Assembly: GCA_965217895.1 (NCBI GenBank)
Contig: CBDCJV010000002.1
Span: forward strand, 2,272,001 to 2,336,000
Source of the DNA: Waterburya sp.
GTDB lineage: Bacteria; Cyanobacteriota; Cyanobacteriia; Cyanobacteriales; Xenococcaceae
DNA: 64,000 nucleotides
Direction: 5' to 3'
The position numbers were made by a program, and so were the translations under genes. Positions 43,710 through 53,780 of the stretch are shown in pieces. The notes beneath the pieces were generated by a model. The model ran no database searches. It saw only the letters and a list, made by a program, of their open reading frames with translations, and was not told the origin of the DNA. The first letter of the stretch is position 1. Each line of letters begins with the position of its first letter.

Positions 43710-45116
43710 TTATTGTCTAACAACCTCTTGATTACCATGCAGGTTTTGAATTTTGAGAAAAATTTGTTGTCCTAACTCCTGTTTGCCCTGTTTTTGAAAC
43801 AAATAAGCAGCAAGAGTCAAATCTTTGATTGATTTGCTTCTTTTCTGAAGAATATAATAAACTAGTCCTCGATTGTAGTAGGCATCGCCATAGTCAGGAT
43901 CGAAGAAAATGGCTTGAGTGTAGTCAGCGATCGCTTTTTGATATGACTGGAGTTTTTTGCAAGCATTGCCCCGATTATTATAAATTAGAGCAGACTGAGG
44001 CTTGATGACTATTGCTCGATTATAGTCGGCGATCGCCTCTTGATATAGTTCCAGATAACTATAGCTAACTCCCCGATTATAATAAGCGTTACAGTAATCA
44101 GGCTCTAAGGCTATACATCGGTCGTAATCCATAATTGCCTGTTTATATTCTTGCAGGAAATTGAAAGCATTGCCACGATGATAATAGGCATTCCCATCCT
44201 CTGAGTTTAAATCAATGGCTATGGAATAATCGGCGATCGCCTGAGGGTAATCTTTGAGCTTACCGTGGATATAGCCTCGATCTTTGTGTGCAGAAGAGAA
44301 TTTGGGCTGAAGGCGAATCACCTCACTATAACAAGCTAAAGCGTTATCGTAGTCTTTAAGCTGACCATAGGAATGCCCCTGACTGTAAATTGACTGCCAA
44401 TCCTGGGGATTGAGTAAAATTGCCTGACTATAGTCTATAATTGCGTAGCGGTGATGATGAACTAGGGAATTTGCTCTTGCTCTATTGCTGTAGGCTTCAG
44501 CATCATCTGGATTAAGGCGAATCAGCTGAGTAAGGTCGGCGATTGCCTGGTAATAATTTTCCAAGAAACTGTAGATACTGGCTCGACGCTCATAGGCCTT
44601 GGTATCATCAGGTTGAAGCTGAATCACCTGGGTAAAATCCGCGATCGCTGACTGATGCTGTTCTAAAATCTGATAGGTACAGCCACGATTGTAATAAGCT
44701 TGGCTATAGTTGAGGTCTAGCCTAATCGCTTCGGTAAAATCTGCCAATGCCTGTTGATAATCTTGCAGAATACCATAGGCATAACCCCGACTACGATAAG
44801 CTTTAGCTAGCTGATGATCGAGACGAATTGCTTCAGTGTAGTCGGCAATTTCTTGGTGATAATTTTTTAGCTCACCGTAGGTATACCCCCTAATCAAATA
44901 GGCTTTGGTATTTTCAGGCTCAAGCTGTAGGACAGTATCAAAATCATCAATTGCCTTAGCATATTCTTTTAACTTAAGATAAGTTTTGCCACGCTTATAA
45001 TAAGTTTCGCTCAATTGCCGATCAAACTGGGCGATCGCATGATGATAGATCCTTTGAGAGCTTTTTCTCGCTTTCATGTTGCCTGATAACTCAAAAATAC
45101 TAGCCAAATTTATCAA
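43710..45116 (-). CDS. Tetratricopeptide repeat protein (start uncertain, possibly 45077)
   Basis: Multiple AYYNRG..AIADY repeats. Confidence 0.9.
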   Translation of the reverse strand: MINLASIFELSGNMKARKSSQRIYHHAIAQFDRQLSETYYKRGKTYLKLKEYAKAIDDFDTVLQLEPENTKAYLIRGYTYGELKNYHQEIADYTEAIRLDHQLAKAYRSRGYAYGILQDYQQALADFTEAIRLDLNYSQAYYNRGCTYQILEQHQSAIADFTQVIQLQPDDTKAYERRASIYSFLENYYQAIADLTQLIRLNPDDAEAYSNRARANSLVHHHRYAIIDYSQAILLNPQDWQSIYSQGHSYGQLKDYDNALACYSEVIRLQPKFSSAHKDRGYIHGKLKDYPQAIADYSIAIDLNSEDGNAYYHRGNAFNFLQEYKQAIMDYDRCIALEPDYCNAYYNRGVSYSYLELYQEAIADYNRAIVIKPQSALIYNNRGNACKKLQSYQKAIADYTQAIFFDPDYGDAYYNRGLVYYILQKRSKSIKDLTLAAYLFQKQGKQELGQQIFLKIQNLHGNQEVVRQ

Positions 45117-45360
45117 TTACATTAAAACTCTCTTATTCATAAGCAGCAATAGCAATTAATCTTACCTATATTAAGAAATATGTAATCAATAAAAAATTAA
45201 TATTTAACTATTAATTAACGCTACTTTCGAGTTGAGACAATTTGAAGGTTAGGGTAGTAGCCTATCAACTTAGATTGATGGACTAAGGCAGGTGGAGGAA
45301 GTAGAGGAGTAGTGAGAATGAAGGAGTATTATCTATATAATGGTTAGAACAGTTAAGCAG

Positions 45361-46623
45361 TTAGACGAGCGATTCGGGGTCTGACCGCTTTTGAGCAACT
45401 TTGGTTGTGGTGGCTGTAAAAAATCGAAAGTAATTAGCAACGCAAAATTCTTTAAGGGGAAAAAGAATAAAAGTAAGCGGATTAATGGTGACGATGATAT
45501 TGCGAATGTCTCTGCGTGCCAAGTTGACAATTTGTTTAGCTACCCAATCAGCAGACATAATACCCACGGGGTTTAGCTGACTTTTAAACGGCCCTAAAAT
45601 GAGCTTGCGAATCATACAAGGAGCATCTAAGCGACGCATGGTAACAAGATCTCCTGTGGCTCTTTTACTTAGCTCATATAGGGGACTAAAGGCTGGGTTT
45701 ACTTCTGCTTCTGAGGTGTTTACCCACACTTCTTTTGTGATCTTGTCGCGATCGCTTTCAATTGTCTGAAAAAATAGCTCCATCAATCGTAGAGTCGAAA
45801 AAGTATTGATTTCATAGGATTTGGCGATCGCAGCTTCGTCTCTTTGGTCGTGAACATTAACCCCGTGATTAATAATTAAAATATCGATTTGCTTTAGCTG
45901 AGTTAGTAATTCTGTTTCTTTGCCAATTTGCCATGCCACAGTTTTGATCGCCAACTCTTTCCCTGAGACATTTAAAGTAATGTCAGTATCAGATGAAGTA
46001 AGGGCAGTAACTTTTGCCCCTGCCAAATGTAGCTGGGTTAACAAAGCCTTGCCTAGAGTACCCGATGCACCAGTAACCGCTATCCGCTTATTTTTTAGCG
46101 ACAGTGCTGTCCCTAGCAGTTTATCTACAAAGGTTAAAGTGCCAGAAAAATAGGCATCCTGGTTATCAAAATGATGTCGCCAGTGATAAGGGCGATTTAT
46201 CAGCCAGCGAGCAGGTAAACTGGTAAATTCTCCTGGACGATGGGTAATGTCCGTAAGCTCATCTACAAAGGGAATACCTAGCCCACGAGCGATCGCCCCT
46301 ATTAAAAAGCTTAGAGTATATAAAGATCCAGTCCAAGCTGCCCATTGAGGAGCGAGATTCCAAGTATAAGCGACACTCCAGGGCAAAATGCTAAACAGCA
46401 GCATCACCAAAGATTCGGGGACATCATTGTACCAATGTGCTTGGCGATAGATAGTGTCGCTAACAACGGATAGATCGGGGCGAAAAACTTTATGATGCCA
46501 AATATGGAGACGATATAACGGCTGCCAGAGATGGGACAAAACATGATAAAAATCCCTGACTAACTCTACCCATAATACAGAACCTAGAGCGATCGCCAAA
46601 CCCGTAGCCAAACTGTTCATCAT
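45361..46623 (-). CDS. mgdE: Desaturase/short-chain dehydrogenase fusion, probable monoglucosyl-DAG epimerase
   Basis: His boxes HIWHH and HWRHH, GASGTLG Rossmann motif, YELSK; adjacent to mgdA. Confidence 0.8.
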   Translation of the reverse strand: MMNSLATGLAIALGSVLWVELVRDFYHVLSHLWQPLYRLHIWHHKVFRPDLSVVSDTIYRQAHWYNDVPESLVMLLFSILPWSVAYTWNLAPQWAAWTGSLYTLSFLIGAIARGLGIPFVDELTDITHRPGEFTSLPARWLINRPYHWRHHFDNQDAYFSGTLTFVDKLLGTALSLKNKRIAVTGASGTLGKALLTQLHLAGAKVTALTSSDTDITLNVSGKELAIKTVAWQIGKETELLTQLKQIDILIINHGVNVHDQRDEAAIAKSYEINTFSTLRLMELFFQTIESDRDKITKEVWVNTSEAEVNPAFSPLYELSKRATGDLVTMRRLDAPCMIRKLILGPFKSQLNPVGIMSADWVAKQIVNLARRDIRNIIVTINPLTFILFPLKEFCVANYFRFFTATTTKVAQKRSDPESLV

Positions 46624-46823
46624 TTAAATAATTTTATTTTGTTCTGTACGTAAGAGCTAAAAACCAACAATTCTCAAGTTCACCAATTAATATCAAGCCT
46701 ATATTAAATTTTAGCTAAGAAAGTTTACATTTTTGGTTACAATTGAGCGAAGGCGATTTATTTAGCTGGCATTACAACAGCCATAATCGCTATAAATACA
46801 AGCAGCGAGCAAATGTAACAACT

Positions 46824-48254
46824 ATGGCAGAGAATTACTGGCGCAAAAAGGAATCAGATCTAGAATCCGACCCCATTAACTCTCTCCTAAGCGAATTAGC
46901 CGACCCAGAAGCAGCAGAAGCAGAATTTCGAGAAGATTTTTTTCGCGGACTGGCAGGGCGGAGACAAAAAGCTGCTTTCTTACTAATGGTAATCTGGATA
47001 GTTACTATTACTCTACATTTGGTTAGTTGGGGTCAATGGATTGTCTTGGGGATAGTTTGCTTGGCGGGAATGCAAATACTGCGCTATCTATTTACTCAAC
47101 CTGAAAATACGCCTCTACCCTTGGATCTAAATGACTCAGAATCTATTCCCAAAGTTTCTCTTTTAGTAGCAGCTAAAAACGAAGAGACGGTAATTAGCAA
47201 CCTGGTAGCTATGCTCTGTAGTCTCGATTACCCTACTGATAAATACGAAGTATGGGCAATAGATGATCGCAGTACAGATAATACGCCGATCATTTTAGAT
47301 AAATTAGCCCTAGAATATTCTCAATTGAGAGTAGTTCATCGGGCAGCAAAAGCAAGTGGGGGAAAATCTGGAGCGTTAAATCAGGTAGTACCTCAAACCT
47401 TCGGCGATATTATTGGCGTTTTTGACGCTGATGCCAAGGTAAGTCCCGATTTACTAAGAAGAGTTGTACCTCTATTTGACAGCCATACAGGGGCAGTCCA
47501 GGTGCGAAAAGCGATCGCTAATAGTTCAGAAAACTTTTGGACAAAGGGGCAAGCAGGAGAGATGGCACTAGATAGCTATGTCCAACAACAGCGTATTGCC
47601 GTGGATGGTATTGGCGAGTTACGGGGGAATGGTCAGTTTGTGAGTCGCGTTGCCTTAAATAGCTGTGGTGGCTGGAATGAAGAAACTATTACCGACGATC
47701 TCGATTTAACTATTCGTCTGCATTTGGACAATTGGCGCGTCGGCTTTTTATTAACTCCCGCAGTATTAGAAGAAGGAGTAACCAAAGCTAGTTCGTTGTG
47801 GCATCAGCGCAACCGTTGGGCAGAAGGAGGTTATCAACGCTATCTCGATTACTGGCGTTATATCTTTACTAAGCCGATGGGTTTTGGCAAGAGAATCGAT
47901 TTATTATGCTGGATGCTGTTGCAATATATTCTTCCTGCTGCCAATGTTCCTGATGGTATTATGGCGATCGCTCGCCACCGTTTGCCTATTCTGAGTCCGA
48001 TAACTATTCTTTTATTTGTTTGGGGTTTTATCGGTATGTTTAAAGGCTTAGTACGTATTCATGTCGCCGAAAACAAAGCTCTAACTTTTCCCGTTCTATT
48101 AAGTATGGTTGGGCAGTCTATTAGAGGCTTAATCTACATGGCTCACTGGCAAGTTGTAATGCTGAGTATTACTGCAAGAATGTCTATTCGCCCGAAAAGA
48201 TTAAAGTGGGTGAAAACGGTTCATGAAGGGACAACTAGTCTTAATAATGGGTAG
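46824..48254 (+). CDS. mgdA: GT2 glycosyltransferase, probable monoglucosyl-DAG synthase
   Basis: AAKNE, DDRSTD, FDAD, TDDLD, QRNRW, GELRGNGQ and KWVKT. Confidence 0.85.
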   Translation: MAENYWRKKESDLESDPINSLLSELADPEAAEAEFREDFFRGLAGRRQKAAFLLMVIWIVTITLHLVSWGQWIVLGIVCLAGMQILRYLFTQPENTPLPLDLNDSESIPKVSLLVAAKNEETVISNLVAMLCSLDYPTDKYEVWAIDDRSTDNTPIILDKLALEYSQLRVVHRAAKASGGKSGALNQVVPQTFGDIIGVFDADAKVSPDLLRRVVPLFDSHTGAVQVRKAIANSSENFWTKGQAGEMALDSYVQQQRIAVDGIGELRGNGQFVSRVALNSCGGWNEETITDDLDLTIRLHLDNWRVGFLLTPAVLEEGVTKASSLWHQRNRWAEGGYQRYLDYWRYIFTKPMGFGKRIDLLCWMLLQYILPAANVPDGIMAIARHRLPILSPITILLFVWGFIGMFKGLVRIHVAENKALTFPVLLSMVGQSIRGLIYMAHWQVVMLSITARMSIRPKRLKWVKTVHEGTTSLNNG

Positions 48255-48308
48255 CGTTTATAAGTAATATTAACTTTGAAATTTATTGGTGAGAACCGTA
48301 ATTTATTC

Positions 48309-48366
48309 CTGGGGGAACTTTCCCCCAGACCCCCTGTTGGGGACGTTACGCCCTCCCCAAACCCCT
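48309..48366. repeat. GC-rich double-hairpin dispersed repeat
   Basis: CTGGGGGAA-c-TTTCCCCCAG-ACCCCC followed by TTGGGGA..TCCCCAA-ACCCC. Confidence 0.55.
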
Positions 48367-48527
48367 GACGTAAACATTAACCTTGATTTTCCGCTCTATT
48401 AACTGGAGTCTCATCATCCGTATCAATAGTTGAATTTGCCTAATTTAAAAGAAGATCTTTCTATTCACTAACAAATAAGGATTTTTAGTGACATGAGAGA
48501 AAAAAGTTAATTTACATCAAACGTAGT

Positions 48528-48625
48528 ATATAGCAATCCTAAATGAATCGTGAAATTTTTGTTCCCTGTTCCCTGTTCCCGACATCGAGATTTAACTGTT
48601 CGCAAATGAAATAGGATTGCTATAT
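48528..48625. mobile_element. 98-bp MITE-like element
   Basis: Perfect 14-bp TIR ATATAGCAATCCTA/TAGGATTGCTATAT; internal GTTCCCT heptamers. Confidence 0.7.
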
Positions 48626-48669
48626 TAGAACGAAGCTAATTCACATTAAGCGTACAATATGCAATTTAA

Positions 48670-49290
48670 GTGCATCAACAGCTTATGAAAGCAAATGATG
48701 AATCTCCTCGTTTTGTTTTGGCCTCTGCTTCTACGGCTCGTTTGAAGTTGCTGCGGATGGTAGGAATAGCACCTCTGGTATGTAAAAGCGATTTTGATGA
48801 AGATCGGGTGCAGATAGAAGATGCTGCTGAATTGGTTACAACTTTAGCTAAATGTAAAGCGGAAACCGTTGCACCTCAATTTAGTAATGCTTTAGTTTTG
48901 GGATGTGATTCAGTATTAACAATTAATAATTGCATCTATGGTAAACCAGATTCATCTCAACAGGCGATCGCTCGCTGGCGCGAAATGCGCGGTAAAATGG
49001 GTGAGATCTATACAGGTCATGCTTTGGTAGACCTCAAACAACAAAGACAAATAATTCGCTGCGGTATTACAAAAGTTTATTTTGCTAATATTAGCGATCG
49101 CACTATAGAGGCTTATGTTGCCACGGGTGAACCTCTTAAATGTGCTGGTAGCTTTGCCTTGGAAGGAAAAGGAGGTATGTTTGTGGAGAAAATTGAAGGC
49201 TGCCATAGCAACGTCATCGGCTTAAGCCTTCCCTTATTACATCAGATGTTAGAAAACTTAGGCTACAATATCACCAACTTTTGGCAGTGA
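48670..49290 (+). CDS. maf: Maf family nucleoside triphosphate pyrophosphatase
   Basis: [29 protein letters not shown]. Confidence 0.95.
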   Translation: MHQQLMKANDESPRFVLASASTARLKLLRMVGIAPLVCKSDFDEDRVQIEDAAELVTTLAKCKAETVAPQFSNALVLGCDSVLTINNCIYGKPDSSQQAIARWREMRGKMGEIYTGHALVDLKQQRQIIRCGITKVYFANISDRTIEAYVATGEPLKCAGSFALEGKGGMFVEKIEGCHSNVIGLSLPLLHQMLENLGYNITNFWQ

Positions 49291-49325
49291 TGAACTGCTA
49301 ATACTGGTATTTGGGAGTTTAAAAA

Positions 49326-49658
49326 GTGCAAGGCAAGATTCAGGCTCAAGAAATTTTTACAGCTTTGACTATAGCGATAAGTAAAACGGTAGAAATAAAC
49401 GTTACCACCTGCATTGAAAATGATCTAGATCGAGCTACCCAATCCTTGTTACCAGAGAGATTTACGACACAAATCAACTTGTTAAACGGCACGGTAGAAC
49501 ATGAAATAGATCTTAAATTGATTGACAATCCTGCCTATAGGGAATTACAACGATGGCATATTGAGCAAGTAAAACAGAGACAGGGCTTCTTAAACAAAAA
49601 TCTTGCTAGCTTAGAAGAAATGCGTCGTCTTGTAAGCCCAAGTTGTTTGAATAAATAA
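49326..49658 (+). CDS. Hypothetical protein (paralog of the next gene)
   Basis: EINVTT ... TQINLLNGTVEHEI ... WHIEQV ... NLASL. Confidence 0.8.
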   Translation: MQGKIQAQEIFTALTIAISKTVEINVTTCIENDLDRATQSLLPERFTTQINLLNGTVEHEIDLKLIDNPAYRELQRWHIEQVKQRQGFLNKNLASLEEMRRLVSPSCLNK

Positions 49659-49706
49659 TCAAGTCTATACTGCTCACTCAATTTAATAGTTGTTCTTTAT
49701 TTAAGT

Positions 49707-50537
49707 TTGAAACCTATGACATCTAGCGAAGATTTTAAACAGGCAATCCGAGCAGGCAATATTCAGGAAGCTTTCCTAGTTGCCATGAGTAATGCACCTG
49801 AATTAAACATTACTACTAAGATTATTACCGCTCAAGGCGATCAGCATCAGGTAGATAATAATCAGTCTCAAGGAGATAATAGTTTACGCACCCATATCAG
49901 TTTAATTGAAGGCAAAGTCGAGAATGAAATTGGCGAAAAGCTAACAGGCGATCGCTATTCGGAAATTAAACAGTTTCATATTGAGCAGGTAACTCAAGGA
50001 CATCAGACGATTCAACATAATTTAATTAGTCTCCAAAAGATGTTCCAGTTGATGTCCACTTTTCAAGAACAGCAAATTTCTGAGGATTCTAATTGGGTTG
50101 ATATTGCTGCCGATGTAGCCAGAGAGCCTCTATCCCCAAGGCGTAAGACAAATCAACTATCTGCTAAAACTCCAGAAGCGATCGCCGCGGCAAAACCGAC
50201 TCATAAAACCGAAGCACCTCCCGTCTCTAGTTTGGAAGTAACAACTAATAATCCAGAGCCTAACTTGCCTTCTTTTGTTCCAGAAGAAGATGACGCTCTA
50301 GTAGAGGATTTAATGTCTTTGGCCGATCTTGATGATGAAAGTGATGATGATGAGGCACAAGAAGATCCTCAGCCAGGACAAGGAGATTGGGGTGATTGGT
50401 TAGAAGAAGATGCCGACGATGAGAAAGTAAAGTCCGAGGTATTCGATCTTAAGTCTCTCAATATCCGAGATGCTCAAAATTGGCAAAATTGGGAAGGAAA
50501 AGTTAATTCTTCGGAATCTCCAGAGGAGCAACATTAA
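49707..50537 (+). CDS. Hypothetical protein with an acidic low-complexity tail
   Basis: ELNITT ... THISLIEGKVENEI ... FHIEQV ... NLISL; D/E-rich C-terminus. Confidence 0.85.
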   Translation: MKPMTSSEDFKQAIRAGNIQEAFLVAMSNAPELNITTKIITAQGDQHQVDNNQSQGDNSLRTHISLIEGKVENEIGEKLTGDRYSEIKQFHIEQVTQGHQTIQHNLISLQKMFQLMSTFQEQQISEDSNWVDIAADVAREPLSPRRKTNQLSAKTPEAIAAAKPTHKTEAPPVSSLEVTTNNPEPNLPSFVPEEDDALVEDLMSLADLDDESDDDEAQEDPQPGQGDWGDWLEEDADDEKVKSEVFDLKSLNIRDAQNWQNWEGKVNSSESPEEQH

Positions 50538-50600
50538 GGAAGTTAGAGGTCAGAAGTAAATTAACCTTTTTTAGTTCACACGATTAGGCAGAGTTAATTA

Positions 50601-51263
50601 ATGAATCATAATTTGCTAGATAGTATTACTGCCGTGGAAATTAGCACCGTTATAGTCGAGGAGATTGTGGACGAGATGTTTATTCCTTGGGAAGTTTATC
50701 AAGGCATATATTATCTTTCTCGTAGTTATTTGGAACAAATTGATTTCTCTTTGAGCGATCGCTATTTACAGTTACGCCGTCAGCTAGAACTAGCATATTG
50801 TTTGCAAGTAATTGATCCCAATTCTTCTTTATACAATCGCACCCTAGTATCTGAAATTAAACGAGATTTGCCAGTTCTCAGCCAGAATGAATCCAAGTGG
50901 GAAACTATCCCAACTAGATTACCTGAACCTATTCCCCATAGCCGTCAGCAAAGTATGTCTAGGGTCAACAAACTATTGCGCGATCGCTCTTTTGTTAATA
51001 TTTTACAGCAGTTAAACAAAAAAAAAGCTGCTTTGGATAGGCGCGCTCGCATTTTACGTAATTCATCAGCTTATGACAATATTGCTGATACTACCTATGC
51101 TCAGACATCTTTGCAATTGGATGGCAAAATTATCAATCGCTATGCTCAGTCTATTTTAGAACGAAGCGATCGCGATTTATTGTTACGACTGCACGAACAA
51201 TCTACCACCGCAGGGGAACAACAATGGCGAGGTTTGATTAAATTTATGCTCTCTTTGTTTTGA
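50601..51263 (+). CDS. Hypothetical protein
   Basis: VEISTV, FIPWEVY, QTSLQLDGKIINRY ... LHEQS. Confidence 0.8.
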   Translation: MNHNLLDSITAVEISTVIVEEIVDEMFIPWEVYQGIYYLSRSYLEQIDFSLSDRYLQLRRQLELAYCLQVIDPNSSLYNRTLVSEIKRDLPVLSQNESKWETIPTRLPEPIPHSRQQSMSRVNKLLRDRSFVNILQQLNKKKAALDRRARILRNSSAYDNIADTTYAQTSLQLDGKIINRYAQSILERSDRDLLLRLHEQSTTAGEQQWRGLIKFMLSLF

Positions 51264-51296
51264 TCTAAATTCTAAATCCGCAAAGCTAAAAACTTA

Positions 51297-52070
51297 GTGA
51301 AAAATCAACAGCCAACAGCCACCGATATTTTTAATTCTTGTATTCAAATAGATAGAGTTAGAATTAGCCGTAAATTAGCTATTCCCCGTCAGATTGTTTT
51401 TCGCTTCGAGCCAAAGATTTTAAGCCAAATAGAACAAGCAAAAGAAAACAACCATCAATTCATTCTTTCTCCTGGTAATCTCGCTGATTTGCGCTATTAT
51501 GCCCTGCTTAATTATTTTTCAGCCGAGCAATTAGATTTTTGTCAGGGACATCTAGCAAAATTAATCTCTTTAGAGCAATTACGCGATCGCGTAGCCTTTG
51601 AATCGCCACTAATTTTTACCAGTAATTATTTATTCTCTCATAGCCAGTCAAAAAAAGTAGTTCGGAGCATTATTAATTCAGAAGGACAAATCTCCCAACA
51701 AGTTCAGCAAGATTTGTGGCAAAACCCTCAATTATTAGCGAAAGTTACTAAGGCTCATTACTGGTTAATTTTACAGATACTAGCTCAACTACCTTTAAAA
51801 GTTAATAATTCCCTTACAAGGCTATTTAAAACTTTATGGCTAGCAACTTTAATTGTGTTTAGCATCTGTCTATGGATTTATTTACCGTTAGACATTTTAC
51901 TTAAAATATTAATAATTAGTTTTTCTATTTATTTATTTACAAACTGCCTCAAACAAACAATCAAAAACAAGTTTAAAATCTGGATTTTGTATAGTTTAAT
52001 TAATGGTTTTTGGTCAAATAGCACTAAAAAGCATCAAATTGCCTGGAATGCTATAAGTGTTTTATCATAA
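51297..52070 (+). CDS. Hypothetical membrane-anchored protein
   Basis: RSIINSEGQISQQV ... AHYWL; two TM helices near the C-terminus. Confidence 0.75.
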   Translation: MKNQQPTATDIFNSCIQIDRVRISRKLAIPRQIVFRFEPKILSQIEQAKENNHQFILSPGNLADLRYYALLNYFSAEQLDFCQGHLAKLISLEQLRDRVAFESPLIFTSNYLFSHSQSKKVVRSIINSEGQISQQVQQDLWQNPQLLAKVTKAHYWLILQILAQLPLKVNNSLTRLFKTLWLATLIVFSICLWIYLPLDILLKILIISFSIYLFTNCLKQTIKNKFKIWILYSLINGFWSNSTKKHQIAWNAISVLS

Positions 52071-52184
52071 TTAATCACTAGAACATAGTACTTACCGAAT
52101 TGTCTGGATGAGGTTATCCACACTAAGCTAGCAGCTAAGAAGTGTCATAATAAAAACAACTTAATCGAGGACATAAAAACAAAG

Positions 52185-52493
52185 ATGAATTTTTCCCTCT
52201 CTTCCTTATATGAATGGTATCGCAGCGCAATTCGTCATCCAAAGTATCGTTGGTGGGTAATGCTAGGGACAGCAATCTATCTTGTTAGTCCTATCGATGT
52301 TATACCCGATATTTTTCCAATTGTCGGACAAATTGATGATGTGGTTTTAGCTGGTTTATTATTTACAGAATTATCACAAATGGCTTTTGCTAAACTGCAA
52401 AGTCGCCAAGAAAAAAATAACGTTACCACTGAAAATGTAGGTGGCGAAACTAATGTTGTTGATGTTGATGCAGAAACAATAGCTACAAATTAA
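52185..52493 (+). CDS. YkvA/DUF1232 family protein
   Basis: YLVSPIDVIPDIFPIVGQIDD. Confidence 0.92.
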   Translation: MNFSLSSLYEWYRSAIRHPKYRWWVMLGTAIYLVSPIDVIPDIFPIVGQIDDVVLAGLLFTELSQMAFAKLQSRQEKNNVTTENVGGETNVVDVDAETIATN

Positions 52494-52548
52494 TCTATTA
52501 CTTTAAGTTTTAATTATTATTCTCACCTCAGCTATCTAAGCTGAATAT

Positions 52549-52584
52549 TTAAAGGGCGATCACTCTATGGCGATCGCCCTTTAA
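52549..52584. terminator. Hairpin between convergent genes (probable bidirectional terminator)
   Basis: 13-bp perfect stem TTAAAGGGCGATC/GATCGCCCTTTAA overlapping a HIP1 site. Confidence 0.7.
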
Positions 52585-52587
52585 TCT

Positions 52588-53628
52588 TTATAAATTTGAC
52601 TGATGAATATTTAACTCGTAGCACTGCATCTGCGGAAAATCTTGCTGAATTATGGCGATCGCTTTTTGTTGGCTATAGCGATCGCTAGCAATAAACTGTG
52701 CCGTACCGTCTCCCTGAGATCCTACTCCCTTTCCACCACAAACATAAGTTTGTAAAGGTTTGTGCTTGAGTAGCTGATGTAATATAGGTGCGTTTAATTG
52801 TTGAGGACAAGCAGGAATCAAATTGCGGTCAAATTCAGTTTGCGCTTGAGACATTAAACTACCAAGTATAGCTGCATCTCCTCGCTCTAAAGCCAAAATA
52901 ACTTCTTGAACTATCCGAGCATTAATTTTGCCTAAATAGTCTTGCACCTGAGCTTCTAGAGCATTTTTAGCAAGAGGATAACATTGATTAAGTTGAGCCA
53001 GTATTTCTTGAGTATTTTTTGAACCAGCTAAGTCAACCACGATAAAATACAGGTCTTGACCTATGGTCAAAGGTTTTAGCTGATGGTGATCGCCATTAAA
53101 GATCATTAAAATTGGCTGGTTACCAAAAGCACAGGCTTGATCTAGTCTGCCACACTGGCTGGGGGTTGTTTTTTCTCCCCAATAAGCTAGATCCATCTCT
53201 TCTTCAATAGTCAAATTTAGCTGATAAAAATAATTAAATGCTCTGGCAACCAACACACAAATTGCTGCACTAGAAGATAAACCTTTTTTAATAGGTAAAT
53301 TCGTTAAATAATTATCAATTTCTAAACCACCCACTCCATAACGAGTCAAAGCTTGATAGGCAACACCCGCTATGTAACTATAAAAATTTTCTGTTTGAGC
53401 CATCTCTAACAATAAATTCTTATCCATAGCTAATTTTAATATTTGAGGCTGATTTGCCGTTTTAAAAACTAAATTACGATGGGTTTCAACTTGAGCATAA
53501 ATGCCTTGATTGATGCCAACCACGATCGCGTAGCCTAGTTCAATATTAGGATTAATCTGGCGATATTCTGCTGCCCAATCACTATGTTCACCAAATAGAC
53601 AAAGACGACCAGGAACAAAAAAATTCAT
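52588..53628 (-). CDS. GHMP family sugar kinase
   Basis: PGRLCLFGEHSD, PIKKGLSSSAA, GKGVGSQGDG. Confidence 0.9.
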   Translation of the reverse strand: MNFFVPGRLCLFGEHSDWAAEYRQINPNIELGYAIVVGINQGIYAQVETHRNLVFKTANQPQILKLAMDKNLLLEMAQTENFYSYIAGVAYQALTRYGVGGLEIDNYLTNLPIKKGLSSSAAICVLVARAFNYFYQLNLTIEEEMDLAYWGEKTTPSQCGRLDQACAFGNQPILMIFNGDHHQLKPLTIGQDLYFIVVDLAGSKNTQEILAQLNQCYPLAKNALEAQVQDYLGKINARIVQEVILALERGDAAILGSLMSQAQTEFDRNLIPACPQQLNAPILHQLLKHKPLQTYVCGGKGVGSQGDGTAQFIASDRYSQQKAIAIIQQDFPQMQCYELNIHQSNL

Positions 53629-53780
53629 CTTTTAAACAATCCTGTTAAAATATTGGGTCATATATATAGTCATTAAATAAAGGCAGAAAATTGCAATAAA
53701 AACCAAGCTGAAGCCAAAAAAGGCTTTATTATTCGGCTTTTTATTTAATTCTGTCGTAGAAATACGGAGTATTATCAAAT

